Assembly: GCA_000002435.2 (NCBI GenBank)
Contig: CM018792.1
Length of the DNA: 64,000 nucleotides
From: Giardia intestinalis
Taxonomy: Eukaryota
Reading direction: 5' to 3' (one strand)
Both the position numbers and the translations under genes were made by a program. Positions within the stretch are counted from its first letter, which is position 1; each line of letters opens with the position of its first letter. Below are positions 1 through 11,700 of this stretch, piece after piece. The notes beneath the pieces were generated by a model that was not told where the DNA came from, ran no database searches, and saw nothing but the letters and a program-made list of their open reading frames with translations.

Positions 1-1
1 T

Positions 2-2755
2 AGATGCGCTAATCCAACACATTACTTCGACACCGCCGACAATACTTGTAAAGATGGCTGTACTGGCCTCAATGCGCATACCGGAGTATGCATAGGATCT
101 AACAAGGCTCTCTGTTATAAGGGTTACACATCACCAAGTAGTGGAGGACCCCTCTGCTCACAATATTCATGCGCTGATGCAGATCCCACCTGTGGAGGCC
201 ATGGAACGTGTAATAGTGGGACATGCACTTGCAACGAGGGAACACTGAAGTTGAACAACACATGCTACGCAAATATCTGCATCCGAGGAACAGTCTCAAA
301 TCAGAATGCATGCACTTGCACCAGTGGTTGGCAGGATGATACTGATCTCGCTCCGCTGAAATGTACCAAGCCGTCTACCTGCCCTGACTCTATAAATATT
401 AACTCAGACGCCGACCTTATTTACTTATATTCGTGTGGAAGCGCTACGTACAATCTTCTTGGGAACGTTACCGTCAGTTATCCATGGCTACCGGTTCCTT
501 CGTTCACAGGAGTGTTCAATGGCAATGGCTACGCACTTAAGGGAGTCAGGCTTTATGAGAACGATACCGTTGCAGCCCTATATAAAACCATCGACGAGAA
601 TGCCAATATCACTAATCTCATTGTAGAATTCGCGACCAACATTTCTTCTAGTACTATCAAGAAGATTGCTGGCATAACCCCGGATCTCAATGGTAAGGTC
701 TTGGCGAATGTCACAGCAGCGGGGTCTATATCTGTTAAAGTAGGTGCTATTGAGGTTGATGTCGGAGGCTTAGCAGACACGTGCATGGGTCTTGGAAACG
801 TGACGTTTTCGGGATATCTTGCCGTAGATAGCCATGCTGCCGTCCGTGTGGGTGCTTTGTGTGCTTCTGCGTCGTCTCCCCTTTCTGATCTAGCAACGAG
901 TGGGTCCATAAGCTGCACATCTCGTGGGCGCTGCTTGGTCGGTGGGCTTGTTAGCAATACCACCCACAATATTAGCTCATCATCATCCAATATAAGCATA
1001 ACTGTTTCCTCCATCAACGGACTGGTTGGCGGAGTAGTGAGCAACACAACCGGAAACCTGACTAACCTCACATTCACGGGGATAGTGTCATCTCCATTAG
1101 ACAGCACTGCTACTGTTGGAGGTATTGTCGGGGTAGCAAAACCACAGTCCTCTCAGTCGCTTACTATCAAAGGGTGCAGTGTAGTATCTAAAGCTGTATC
1201 AGCCTCATCGGCTGGAGGTCTAGTGGGGGCCATTGAGGACGGAGTAATAGAGGAGTCTTCTGTGACGCTAACGGCTCTTGAGGGGAGCATCTGTGCAGGT
1301 GGTCTTGTATGCAATGCTACTCATACCACCATCGCCAAGTCAAATAGTAATATAAACGCACTCAGGTTTACTGCTAGCTATACTGAAGAATCAGCAAAAC
1401 AATATTGTGGTGGTTTCGTAGCGAGCGCGACTGAGACAACTATTGAAGACAGCTACTCCATTGTCACTGCAAGCACCGTCAAGACCAGCAGCGAGGCTTT
1501 TGTCGGAGGTTTTGCAGGAAGCACGGATGGGCTTACTGTCAAACGCTCATACGCATCAGGTGATTCAGTTAATCTAGCACCCGACAATATTCTGCACTTT
1601 GGTGGCTTTGTAGGGTCATGCATCTGCAATATAGACTCTTCCTTTAGTAAGATTACTCTGATGGCTCTCAACAAGAGAAAAATCAACAATGCACACTTCG
1701 GTGGATTTGTGGGTATTATTAAGAGAAATTCAGCAAGTGACGGGCGGACAGCCTCAGCTTCTCCCCAAATAAGCAACTCATGGGTCTCGTCTAGCATGTC
1801 TGTTCTTCTTTCAAGTCCTGAAGCAAGCAGGGTCTTCTACGGAGGATTCTCGGGAGAAGCAGATGCCTCTACGATAACTGATTCATATACTAGATCCAAC
1901 CTTTCTGTGAACAATGACATAAATCTCTATCACACAGGGTTCGGGGCATTCAATGGACGCTTCAATGAACTAGAAACGAATATAACGCGCTGCTATGCAG
2001 ATGTAGGAATAGACGGTGCAACAGATCTGAACTTTGAGGGGAACAGTGCTTATGGAAAGAAGTGTGCTAAGTGCACTAAAGTATTGATCAATAGTGACCA
2101 GCCTGGAATTAGTGATGAAAATGCTTGTGGAAGGACCGCTGCGGAATTACAGAAAAGCGAGACGATTATGAAGGAATTCGGGTCTACTGATGCATTTGCA
2201 TTCGAGTCTGGACGTATGCCTATGATTGTCACCACTCCCAACCTTGATTCTGTAACGCATACTTACGTCTATCCTAGCTGCAATCCGTCCACACAGGGTA
2301 ACTGCTGGGATTACAAGAACACCTGGATAGTTTCTCCGGACGGAATAGGGTCTGTAGCTACGGCACCTGACTGCAAGGTGAGTAGTTGCACTTACTGCGA
2401 CGCTAGAGACTCAGGCATCTGTAGGATATGCGCCTCACGAACATTCCTTGACAGCCGTAAGACCTGCAGCGCATGCAGCAGTAGTTGTGCCGAATGCGCG
2501 ACAAAGGAATCATTCTGCACTGCTTGCAAGAGAAGTGGAGCAATGCCGAATGTGGACGGAGTGTGCATTATGCCCAGGCTCTCAAGCGCCGCCATCGCCG
2601 GTATCTCCATCGTTGTTATTTTGGTGATCAGCGGAGTTGTTGGCTTCCTTTGTTGGTGGTTCATATGCAGATCCAAGAGCAGGCCTACTGAAAATCCTGT
2701 TCATACTCTCGAGCCCTCTGTGAGCACGGTAAGTATCAACGAATCCATACTCTGA
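2..2755 (+). CDS. 5'-truncated high-cysteine membrane protein (HCMP-like). N-terminal EGF-like Cys modules, then a central block of about 10 GLUG-like repeats (GG[FLIV]V[GAS]...SY..G), then a C-terminal CxxC-rich region and one transmembrane segment with a short cytoplasmic tail. No CRGKA.
   Basis: The reading frame is open from window position 2, with no stop upstream, so the 834-aa ORF-track entry 251-2755 is only the first Met inside the window. Translation of 2-250 gives CANPTHYFDTADNTCKDGCTG...CGGHGTCNSGTCTCNEG (EGF-like). Repeats of the form FVGGFAGSTDGLTVKRSYASGDSV / HFGGFVGS / YGGFSGEADASTITDSYTRSN recur at about 930-1900. The C-terminus has CTYCDARDSGICRICASRTF...CSACSSSCAECATKESFCTACK followed by a TM segment IAGISIVVILVISGVVGFLCWWFICRSK. 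Confidence 0.8.
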   Translation, partial: RCANPTHYFDTADNTCKDGCTGLNAHTGVCIGSNKALCYKGYTSPSSGGPLCSQYSCADADPTCGGHGTCNSGTCTCNEGTLKLNNTCYANICIRGTVSNQNACTCTSGWQDDTDLAPLKCTKPSTCPDSININSDADLIYLYSCGSATYNLLGNVTVSYPWLPVPSFTGVFNGNGYALKGVRLYENDTVAALYKTIDENANITNLIVEFATNISSSTIKKIAGITPDLNGKVLANVTAAGSISVKVGAIEVDVGGLADTCMGLGNVTFSGYLAVDSHAAVRVGALCASASSPLSDLATSGSISCTSRGRCLVGGLVSNTTHNISSSSSNISITVSSINGLVGGVVSNTTGNLTNLTFTGIVSSPLDSTATVGGIVGVAKPQSSQSLTIKGCSVVSKAVSASSAGGLVGAIEDGVIEESSVTLTALEGSICAGGLVCNATHTTIAKSNSNINALRFTASYTEESAKQYCGGFVASATETTIEDSYSIVTASTVKTSSEAFVGGFAGSTDGLTVKRSYASGDSVNLAPDNILHFGGFVGSCICNIDSSFSKITLMALNKRKINNAHFGGFVGIIKRNSASDGRTASASPQISNSWVSSSMSVLLSSPEASRVFYGGFSGEADASTITDSYTRSNLSVNNDINLYHTGFGAFNGRFNELETNITRCYADVGIDGATDLNFEGNSAYGKKCAKCTKVLINSDQPGISDENACGRTAAELQKSETIMKEFGSTDAFAFESGRMPMIVTTPNLDSVTHTYVYPSCNPSTQGNCWDYKNTWIVSPDGIGSVATAPDCKVSSCTYCDARDSGICRICASRTFLDSRKTCSACSSSCAECATKESFCTACKRSGAMPNVDGVCIMPRLSSAAIAGISIVVILVISGVVGFLCWWFICRSKSRPTENPVHTLEPSVSTVSINESIL

Positions 2756-2781
2756 TGGTGACGTAAACAATCGCTTGTCCT

Positions 2782-5700
2782 CTACACATCTGCTATGTTG
2801 ATTACTGGAGGATCCTCGACTGAAGCATCCTCACTTTGAGGGAGCAGTAGCCATGAAAGTGGTATGTATCCTACTTGGATAGAAATGGAAATATAGCCTG
2901 CAGGTGGCTGTATTGTGGACAGTGGACAGGCTTCAGGAAGTGCAACTGCCGTAATATATGCGCTAATAGTGTGGACATATCCTTGCTCTTGCTCTGCTGT
3001 AGCCGAGACAAGAGATTGGATGGAGGAGTCATAAGTGCCTGCGGAAAACACTAGATTAGTAAGTTGCAGACAAATGGGAAAACGATATAGTTCAGTGCAG
3101 CTTCTATGTGCATCGGTATCTGCAAAGGTAAGAACTCCAGAGCTAGTTAGATAAAGCCTCCCGGGCGGGTCGTTGAGAAAAGCGAGGAAACAGACTCTTT
3201 CAGCGGGAACATTCCTATGCAATGCTAGCGACAATTGTAGGATTGATAGTAAGGTTTGTAAGCCATTTTCTTTCTGGACCGAAGAGACCTTCCAAGCCCC
3301 TTCCTCAATCTTACATGCAGGGTCTAGTAGCATCTGGATAAGGGAAGACTGGACAGAACAGACGGGAATATCTCTGCATGAAAGCGAATGCAACATGGAG
3401 TTCTTTGTCGTATTCACGTGCCCATTAAGGATGCTTCGAAACTCTGCTAACTCGCCATACGAGGGGCCTCTCATTGAAGATGGCTCCTCGTTGGCAAGCA
3501 AAGTCTTCAATACGCGATCGAAAATAGACACTATCTTAGAACCTGTCAAGCACTTAATTGGGGCATGAGATGGTAGCTCGAGTGTAAGTAGTGGAGAGAT
3601 AACGCTCTCTATAAGCCTATCTGGAGATATTAGTGCCATGATATCCTTAAGAAGACGAGGGGTATTTTCTGAATCAAGTTTCCCGTCAGTGCCATGGTTT
3701 GCGTTAGAACCTCTCCACTGCTCTTGTGAACATAGCCCCTCTACAACGACTGTATTGGAACTGATAGGGTCTTTTTCCTTCTCCGCCAAACGAAGACTAC
3801 TTTTTCTCCATTTATACTGTACTTGAGACCGACACACTCTGGTCGCAAGCACCTGTTTGCTTCCATGTAGTGGGAGGCTCCCTTTGATGCCCAGAACCTT
3901 GAGCACTATGTAGTATTCAAAGCAGCTTTGTACTGCACATCTGGCTCTATCATTCATGAAGTAGCGCGGATCTCCTGAGCAGAGAAATAAAAACCTATTA
4001 AGACTCCGGGTGAATAGTAGCGCGGGACAAGGGGCTTGATCTGCACCGTGTTGTGCAGTGAATAAGAAGTCAAGATATCGGAGAATCCCCGGTCCAGATT
4101 CGATACCGAGCTGTAGTGTTCTATGGGTGCACGTGTGAAGCAATCCTACAACTAGTAGGTCGAGTTGATGGATTGTCGGTGCTCTGCGGGTCTCTGTTTG
4201 TAAAAAATAATGTGTCAAAGCAGCTTTGTAAAGATCTGATGGCACGGATGGCTGTTTGTATCTAACAATTATGGGTCTGCTTAGATATAATAATTGCTCT
4301 AGTATGTGGCTCAGCCTTGCTCCCATTGCGTCAATTGCCCGGTTAACGGTATGTTGTGGAATGATCAGCCAAACGGGGAATGCTGGCATACCAGTTGTAT
4401 TAAAGTACTGGTGCATGTTAATAAGGCATAAGAGGTTCTCTAATTCGTCAGCTAAGCATGCAGGACTGGATAGTAAACACACTGTAGAATGCCGATGGAA
4501 GTCTGTCCACGACGATGGAAACTGGTAAACAATTGGTACATCCCCAAATGAGTATTGTGTCACATCGCCATAACCACGCCGATCCAGAGCAAATAGTTCG
4601 TCTAAGGAAAACATCTCTCCCTCAGAGAACACTATGGTCAAAGGGAAGTAGCACCTGCAGTGCTCAACTACCTCCTCAATAGCTTCTACTGAAGAACCAC
4701 AAGCATGCGCATCGCAAACTAAGGATGAGACTTGTTGATTGGTGAGATTGTTAGACACTGGTGTCAGCTCGTGACGCTTTGAGACCAGAGTTAGGGTAGA
4801 GTCTATCATGGCATGAGCTGCCCGGAGTAGCGAAACGACTGAGTCACAAATGCACGTTTCTGGAAGCGCTTTGCCTTTCTCATCCACTTGGAGAAAGCCT
4901 GCAGGAAAGGCACAATGCTTCTCTTCATGCGACATGACTGGTAGCCTTGGCCTTTGAGGTTGCTCCGATACGAAGATAGAGGGTTTGTTCGACAGGTTAG
5001 GACCGTGTCCCAATGGAGATGTATATTGTCCCCAAATCTGGAGCAGTAGCGTAGATGCAATTGTAAATGATTCTGGACGCAGTAAAACAGAAAGAAGGAA
5101 GGCGAGATACATACCTTTCATGGTCGGTTTCTGAAATAGTAAGGGCACATAGGTTAAATTTAGGTGCTTCCTGTCCTTTTCTAGTTCTGCGTCCATCAAG
5201 GAAGCAATGCAGTGCTCCAAGTCAGCGCATCGCTTTGCGGCTACAGAAGGGTCTCTATCTAAGAGATGCTCTAGTGAGCTCCTTGCACCGACATCTAATA
5301 GGTACAAAGACACAAGTGTCACTAGTAGACAAGAATACTGAGAGCACACCAAGATTGCAGCTGGATTTTCAGCCAAATACGATAGAAGGTCAACGGAGTC
5401 CTCGCTAAATCGTGAAATAACTACACAAGAAAGGAAGAGTTGCTTAGCTTCCTTCGTAATAGAAAACTGTGAGGGTACAATTTTGTCTAAAGCGTAGTTA
5501 ATACTGGGGTCTGGTAGAGTAGTTGAATGAGACGGCAATGGTGGTGACAGCAGGCAGGTATGGATAAAAGAAGCCATCTCCTCAAGAGACTGAGGACACA
5601 AGCATGTCAGCAACTTGATGTCGATATCATGTGTCTGCTGCGATCCGAAATGAGGCTGTGCGTCCATCAGTAAGCGCAAATCGTTGTGCAAAATAGCCAC

Positions 5701-8700
5701 TTCTAAATCTCCCCTCGATATAGTAGATCTATCATTACAAAGCTCATCTTCTAAGGGCCCTAGTCTTGACAGCGTGCATAGCGTAAGAAACAATTTGTGA
5801 ATGTGAGCGTGGGGAAGTGCTGAGGTTGAAGTTAGACGAGAAAGCATATATCTAAGAATCTGTTGGAGGACAAAGTCTATGAGTATGCGAGGGTAGAGCA
5901 CTATGTAATAAAAGACAGGATACTTTAAGGAATCGTAGCGAAATGTAATCAGGTCTGCTATGAAGTTAGTCTGTAGAAGCGTTGTCGGCTGATCCGCATG
6001 ATCTCGAGAATCACACTGATTGTCGATAGAAGATGCTGTACTAACGGATTTTAGTGGTGAGTGAGCTGAGAAAAACCGCTTTAATTCAGTCTTGATTGTA
6101 CTATTATAGAAGCTCGTTAGTTGACCGCAGAGTGTTCTTTGAAAGGGCGTTAGTGCAGCCCTGTTTGTTTCGATCAATAGTGTAGGGTCCCTTTTAGCCT
6201 GTGTTCGCAAATACCGAAGCAGGTCACACGTCAATGTAGCGCACTCTTCAATCCAGACATGCCATCGAGACCGCAATAGATAACCGAGCTGAATCTCATT
6301 GAGAATATTGACTGATTGGCCCACTGAAAATTGAGACACCTCATCTCCGATCGGATAGGAACTCCTGTTTTGCAGATCCATCAGAGGAAGAGCACGATCT
6401 GCGCCTGGAATAAGTGCATAGAATAATAAGCACACCTCGCGAAGCAGGTCTAATAATATAGAAACTGACGAGGCGGCCTTTGCACCGCTACTATGAGCAC
6501 AAGTGAGCTGCTTGTAGCCACGGTTTGTACTTTGGAAGCTATTTGATCCAGTAGAATAAGCGCTCGAGAAATCAGAAAGCATCACTTCTATCTCTGCTCG
6601 GCGTTGTGTGTACGCTTCTGCTGTCATAATTGTTTTTTCGCTACGGAAGGATTCGTTAATAGGAAAGACCCCAACGCCGTACTCTAAAAGATAGGAGTGG
6701 AATGTGTCGATAAATGTGTTTAATGACAGAGAAAGCTTAGCGAACATAGTACTTCTTCTGTGGAGTATGGACAAGCTAGTAAATTCTGGACCGAATACAG
6801 ATTCCGTTAACATATCTGTGACAGCTGCACACTCTGCTGGCTCTGGGTCGTATCCAGGACAAGGTGAGAGATTACAGAGGAAGATCACAGACCCTAGCAT
6901 GCCTGATCTGTGCATCTCTGCCTGGTGGAGAGCATGTAAAACTGAGACAGGCGTAAGACTGGGGTCGTAATCTGGTGAAAGGCTAATGATGAAAATATAC
7001 TCAGAAAGGGGTTGAAATAAATATGTAATCTGACTACCAAGAGTGATCTGCTGTCGTGCATCAACGCGGGTTGTAGCTGCCAGCAGAAGCAGCTTTCTGA
7101 GAAGAGAGTAGTTATTTTGTGGAACTTGTCGTGCACCCACATCGGAGAACACAATCGCCTTATCAGACTCGGCCAGAGCCTTTGCCACCGATGCACAGAA
7201 TTGTTTATATGGTTGACGGACACTCAGCTCAACCCTTCTTTGCCTGATGTGATGTATGTATGTGTATAATGCCTGATTCGTTGATCTAAGAGAATGAGCA
7301 GGATCTGCCGTATTTGACACTCCGACCAATGCTTCATAGAGACGGCAGAAAGGAGTTTCAAAGCGACGCAGGCTAGCTACCAGCGTGAAGATAAGAGGTG
7401 GAACCAGCACGCTATATGTTAGAAAGATTCGTCGTCCCAAAAGAAGAAATAGCATACCGGCATAAAGAAGATGCCTATAGACTTCGTGATTATTGAGGGT
7501 GTCCCTAAAGAGTATCTCGGCCAGAAAGAGAGGTGTATCCAGACACAGAGAAACCTGGAAGTGTCTAAAGAAGAGATCGGTGGATTGTAGGTCATGCTCA
7601 GTCCAAACTGAGAATAACTTAAGTCTATTAGAAGCCGAAGACGAACTGCTTGAGCGACTCCTTGAACTGGGAAGCATGATGGTTAATCCATCCTGTTGCA
7701 GTGCTTCAATCAGGATTTCTAAGGCAGTTGTGCGTGCGCCATCACTTGTGGGGCGATCTAATAGTCCAGTGACTCCATAAAGCATACAAGCAACCAGAAC
7801 TGGGGCTTCGTAACATACATGTCCTAGTATAGAAGCAAGCAGCTTACTATATCCCTTACACGCCTCCAGACACGAATAAAGGCAATTTCGCATGTAGCAA
7901 AGCTCTCCGAAGACCTTGCTATCATGCGACACCAGATTGCCCACAAAATATTGCAGGTATTTAGACGACATTGATTCTATTGGAAGGATAGAATCTTGCG
8001 CATTATTAAAGCGGGTGACATAAATGTCAGGATACAGAGAGTCGTGGGTCTTTAACCCTTGCAACGGAGCCTCTCTTGTCATGTATGCATACGCCTTGAA
8101 TAGGCTATTGATGCTATTGACATTGGCATAATATTGCTGTGCACGTGAGAAGATCATCCCAATGGCATCAACCGTAAGCTTGATATACGCCTGGAGGGGG
8201 ACCTGCCAATTGTGAGAAGAACGAGAGCACGCCCTGTGAAGTGAGAGACAGGATAGAAGTACTGCCACCTTGTGTGCTTCCCAGTTTATGCTCAGTTGTT
8301 CTGGGAGATTAGCGACCTTGGACAGCTGACAGGCGTTAACCTTACAGTGAATAAGCAGCTGTTCGGCCGTATACTTTGCTACAGGAAATAAGGGATTGAG
8401 GGAAATGGTGTGCACACTAGGAAAATCAATCTTTGTAGACCTGATAGAAAACTTTGAGAGCACATCAAAGAACATAGCTAAGGAGCCATCAAATGTATCA
8501 TCAGGAGACCGCAGGAGCTTCTTTATGCCAAAATTCCTAATGTCTAGAGGATGTGACATTGTGGCTAGACAGTCAATCGAGCCGTTATGCAATACATATA
8601 TTTTAAGATTGGAGGCTAGAATGGAATGTAGTTCTTCTGCCTTGAGATGCCTTCCAAGGCCAGCATTGAGTGACAGGGATGCAAGAATGATAGAAAGCTC

Positions 8701-11700
8701 TTCGGAAGTGAACAGTGCCCTAACAAGATTGCCTGGAGTGATCGTTGTCTGAAGGAGACAGCTCAGGGCGGGCCATCCGGTGGCTGCGCTCATGAGGATA
8801 TCCATTGAGGAAAGGATAGTAACGCAAGAGGGCTCTATGAGGTACTTTTTCATAAGAGACTCTCCTTGCTCCAGCAGGCCCTTCATTCCGCCACCTTGTT
8901 CAAAACGATGAGCGAACTCAGACATTGTGCCGCAATTCTTATTGAATGTGTGCATAACATAATGCTCCAAGTGACCTGGAACAGAAAGTATAGACGGCAA
9001 ATGAGTGTGCAGCAGCGGCTCATCAGTGTACATGCAAGTGAAGGCGGCCCCACTAGAAACCCCAGAATCAAAGTACTTTGTACTGGGAGTGCGCAGAAGA
9101 CTTTCTGCAAGCGGGGCCAGCAATCCAAATTGACTGATGCTGTGGGCAGTTGTATGATTGATAGTATACAAAAAGTAAATCGGGTTAACACCTGCAGCAA
9201 GACAAACTGCGGTTCTCAGTAGCATAAGAGTAGCGAGAAAGTCAGAATCAAAACTAGATAGATACGCAGAAAGTTCCAGCACAGCTATTGACAGATTCTT
9301 CACAAAGCTCTCCGCCGTGCGGTTAGAGGGCTTGTCAGTGCTCTTCTCCTTTTCGCCTGCAGACACATGACTAACTGAGGCTACGATCGTGTCAATGTCA
9401 ACAAGAACACGATCATTCAGTCGGCCTCGACAATCCTTGGCAGAGCCTCCGCATACTGGTGAGCCCTTGGTTCTAGAGGAAAGCAGTTGATCGGATGCAA
9501 GTGAAAGCGCAGGGGTATCATTAGAATAATTACTTAAGTAAAGGTGTTCAAGCTTCAGATCTAAAAATGATGTGTAGCCCTCCAATGCTTGGAGCAGATA
9601 TGAAATTTGTTGAAAGTGCTTGTAGTCAGCAAATGGTGTGTATAGTCTATAGCAGGGAATAGTGATTATAGAAGTAGACAAGTTAATAGGCAGTAGCGGA
9701 GTTGTGGGCCATTGAACAGGAAGATAGTTGTGAGGTAGAATGACAGACGACGAGGCAGGCTGCAAACTGAAGGAGTCCTTGAGGTCCGATAGCCTGAGGT
9801 CCAAAGAGACCCCAAAATTAGACGGCCTTTGTGGCTCTTTGCTCATTGGAGGTTCTTTTTCAGTAAGAGCAAGAGATAATAGGCATGGTGAATCAGTATG
9901 CAGTGAAAGCAGCTCGTCGATGATATGGTCAGTGGCTTCATCGGAAAAGCTTCCAGAAGTGGTATGGGCTTGTATGACTCTGTATGCATCAATGTACTTT
10001 CCAGAAGATTCTGTGGGCCAGTCACGCATAGAATTCAGTATCAGCCTGCTCAGCTTTGCTGGTGACATCAGCATGCCCCACAAAAAGAGCTTCCACAAGC
10101 ATGAATACAAGTTATGGGTGGGGTGAATGCATGGAAGAGGAGAACGTAAATACTCTTGAAGACACGATATAACTTTCACAATATGCTCTCCCATGGCTTT
10201 TGATTCTGTGTGCATTTCAAAGACACGGAGAGCCAGAGATGGGCTTATGTACCGTGGGGTATCTGGTGGAGGGATATGTCTCATCTTTGCCTCGGCAAGC
10301 TGGCGATCGTACGCCACATGTTCAAGATATAGGTCAGCTGTGAAGAGCTCAAAGTAACGAGGGAACCTTTGAAGCCAGTCTAAGTTGATATTAATGCATC
10401 CACATGCGCAGCCGACCTCCAGTGGATTGACCTTGAATTGCGAATAGATCTTAGATGATAGAGGGGCTGCTGAATCAAATCTTTTAGTATCCTCTCGACG
10501 AGGAAGAGACTCAACTGAATTAACCAAAGAATTATCATCTTGACTGACTTTCTGAAAGAGGATGCCGATCAAGTAACATAGTCCATCTGGTATCCCGGCG
10601 ACAGCAGCACTGCAAGTATTGTAGAAGGCTCTTAAATCATGCATCTCTGTAGTTAGTTCTTTAGCTCTGGGTACTTGTGAAGGCTTGCTCTCATCATTGT
10701 TCTCTGATTGGCCTGTAGTTGGTGGCTGACCATCGTCTTGTTCCAATGCTCTACGATCTTCTTTATTGTGCGCTTGCAAATAGGTCTCAATCACATCAAC
10801 TTGCCACTGCGGTGCTAACGCTTGCAGGCTGCATATGTTGAGCGCTCGAGCACCAATAGCAGGAAGTAACCCGTCCAGAATGGATACCAATTTGGCATTG
10901 GACATACTAGGAACATTCCGAAGGGCAGCAGCAAGAGCACATACGGTGCAGTGCGCATAAGCTTCCCTAATAACAAAGGCTTCAGTCTCTAGAGCCGAAG
11001 AAGAAGGCAGCTGAGGAAACCAGAATAGACAGCGCTGTAGATCAGCGAGAAAATCATAATTAGAAAAAAGGTCTGGGTAGCTAGAGAATAAAAATGATAC
11101 GGCTTTGTTCAGCATCTCATAGCAAATGCTTCTATTTGAGGAAAATGCTAATTGGACCAAGGATAGAACGTGGTCTAGGGTTAATTGTGGTAATGATACG
11201 GTGATTTTGTCTATTGTTTCTTTACATGAATGAGTAGACAAGCGAGTGTCGTGTCGTCTTTCAACTATCAACGTGGTATTCATAAGGCTGAACTCTCCAA
11301 CAATGTGAGACCCGTCTCCAAGTGTCCTTTGCCTAGGAGGTGCCGAAGCTGACAGCTGTGCTAGTTGGGAGAAAAGTGAATCCCGGTCATCCTGTTTAGA
11401 AGTGTTTGGTACGTGTAGCACGCCAGCAGACCATCTGGATAACTTATTCAGAAAAAGGGCAGCTGTGCCCTGCTTATCGTAATAAGAATGAAATGCATTA
11501 CAGATCTCACCAGCAGAAGCAGTAGCAGTCTCGGTGAGACGGGCCCACGGACCAAAGGTGTCTTGCATCAAAAGTTCAGCTATCTCAATCAGTGATGTCT
11601 TGCCCATACTTTCATCTCCGCAAACCTCTAGAAACACACCCGAAGGGTAGAGCATCGCTGAGGTGGAACATGCAGCAATAAGCACCACTATTGCGGTGCG

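Noticed and set aside
11596-11625. A Walker-A-like motif GDESMGKTS in the giant protein, as evidence for an AAA/P-loop NTPase such as midasin, dynein or RNF213.
   Set aside because: It is a single occurrence with no nearby Walker B or arginine finger and no repeated AAA modules. A GxxxxGK[ST] match is expected by chance about once in four 7000-aa sequences. I kept it only as a note.
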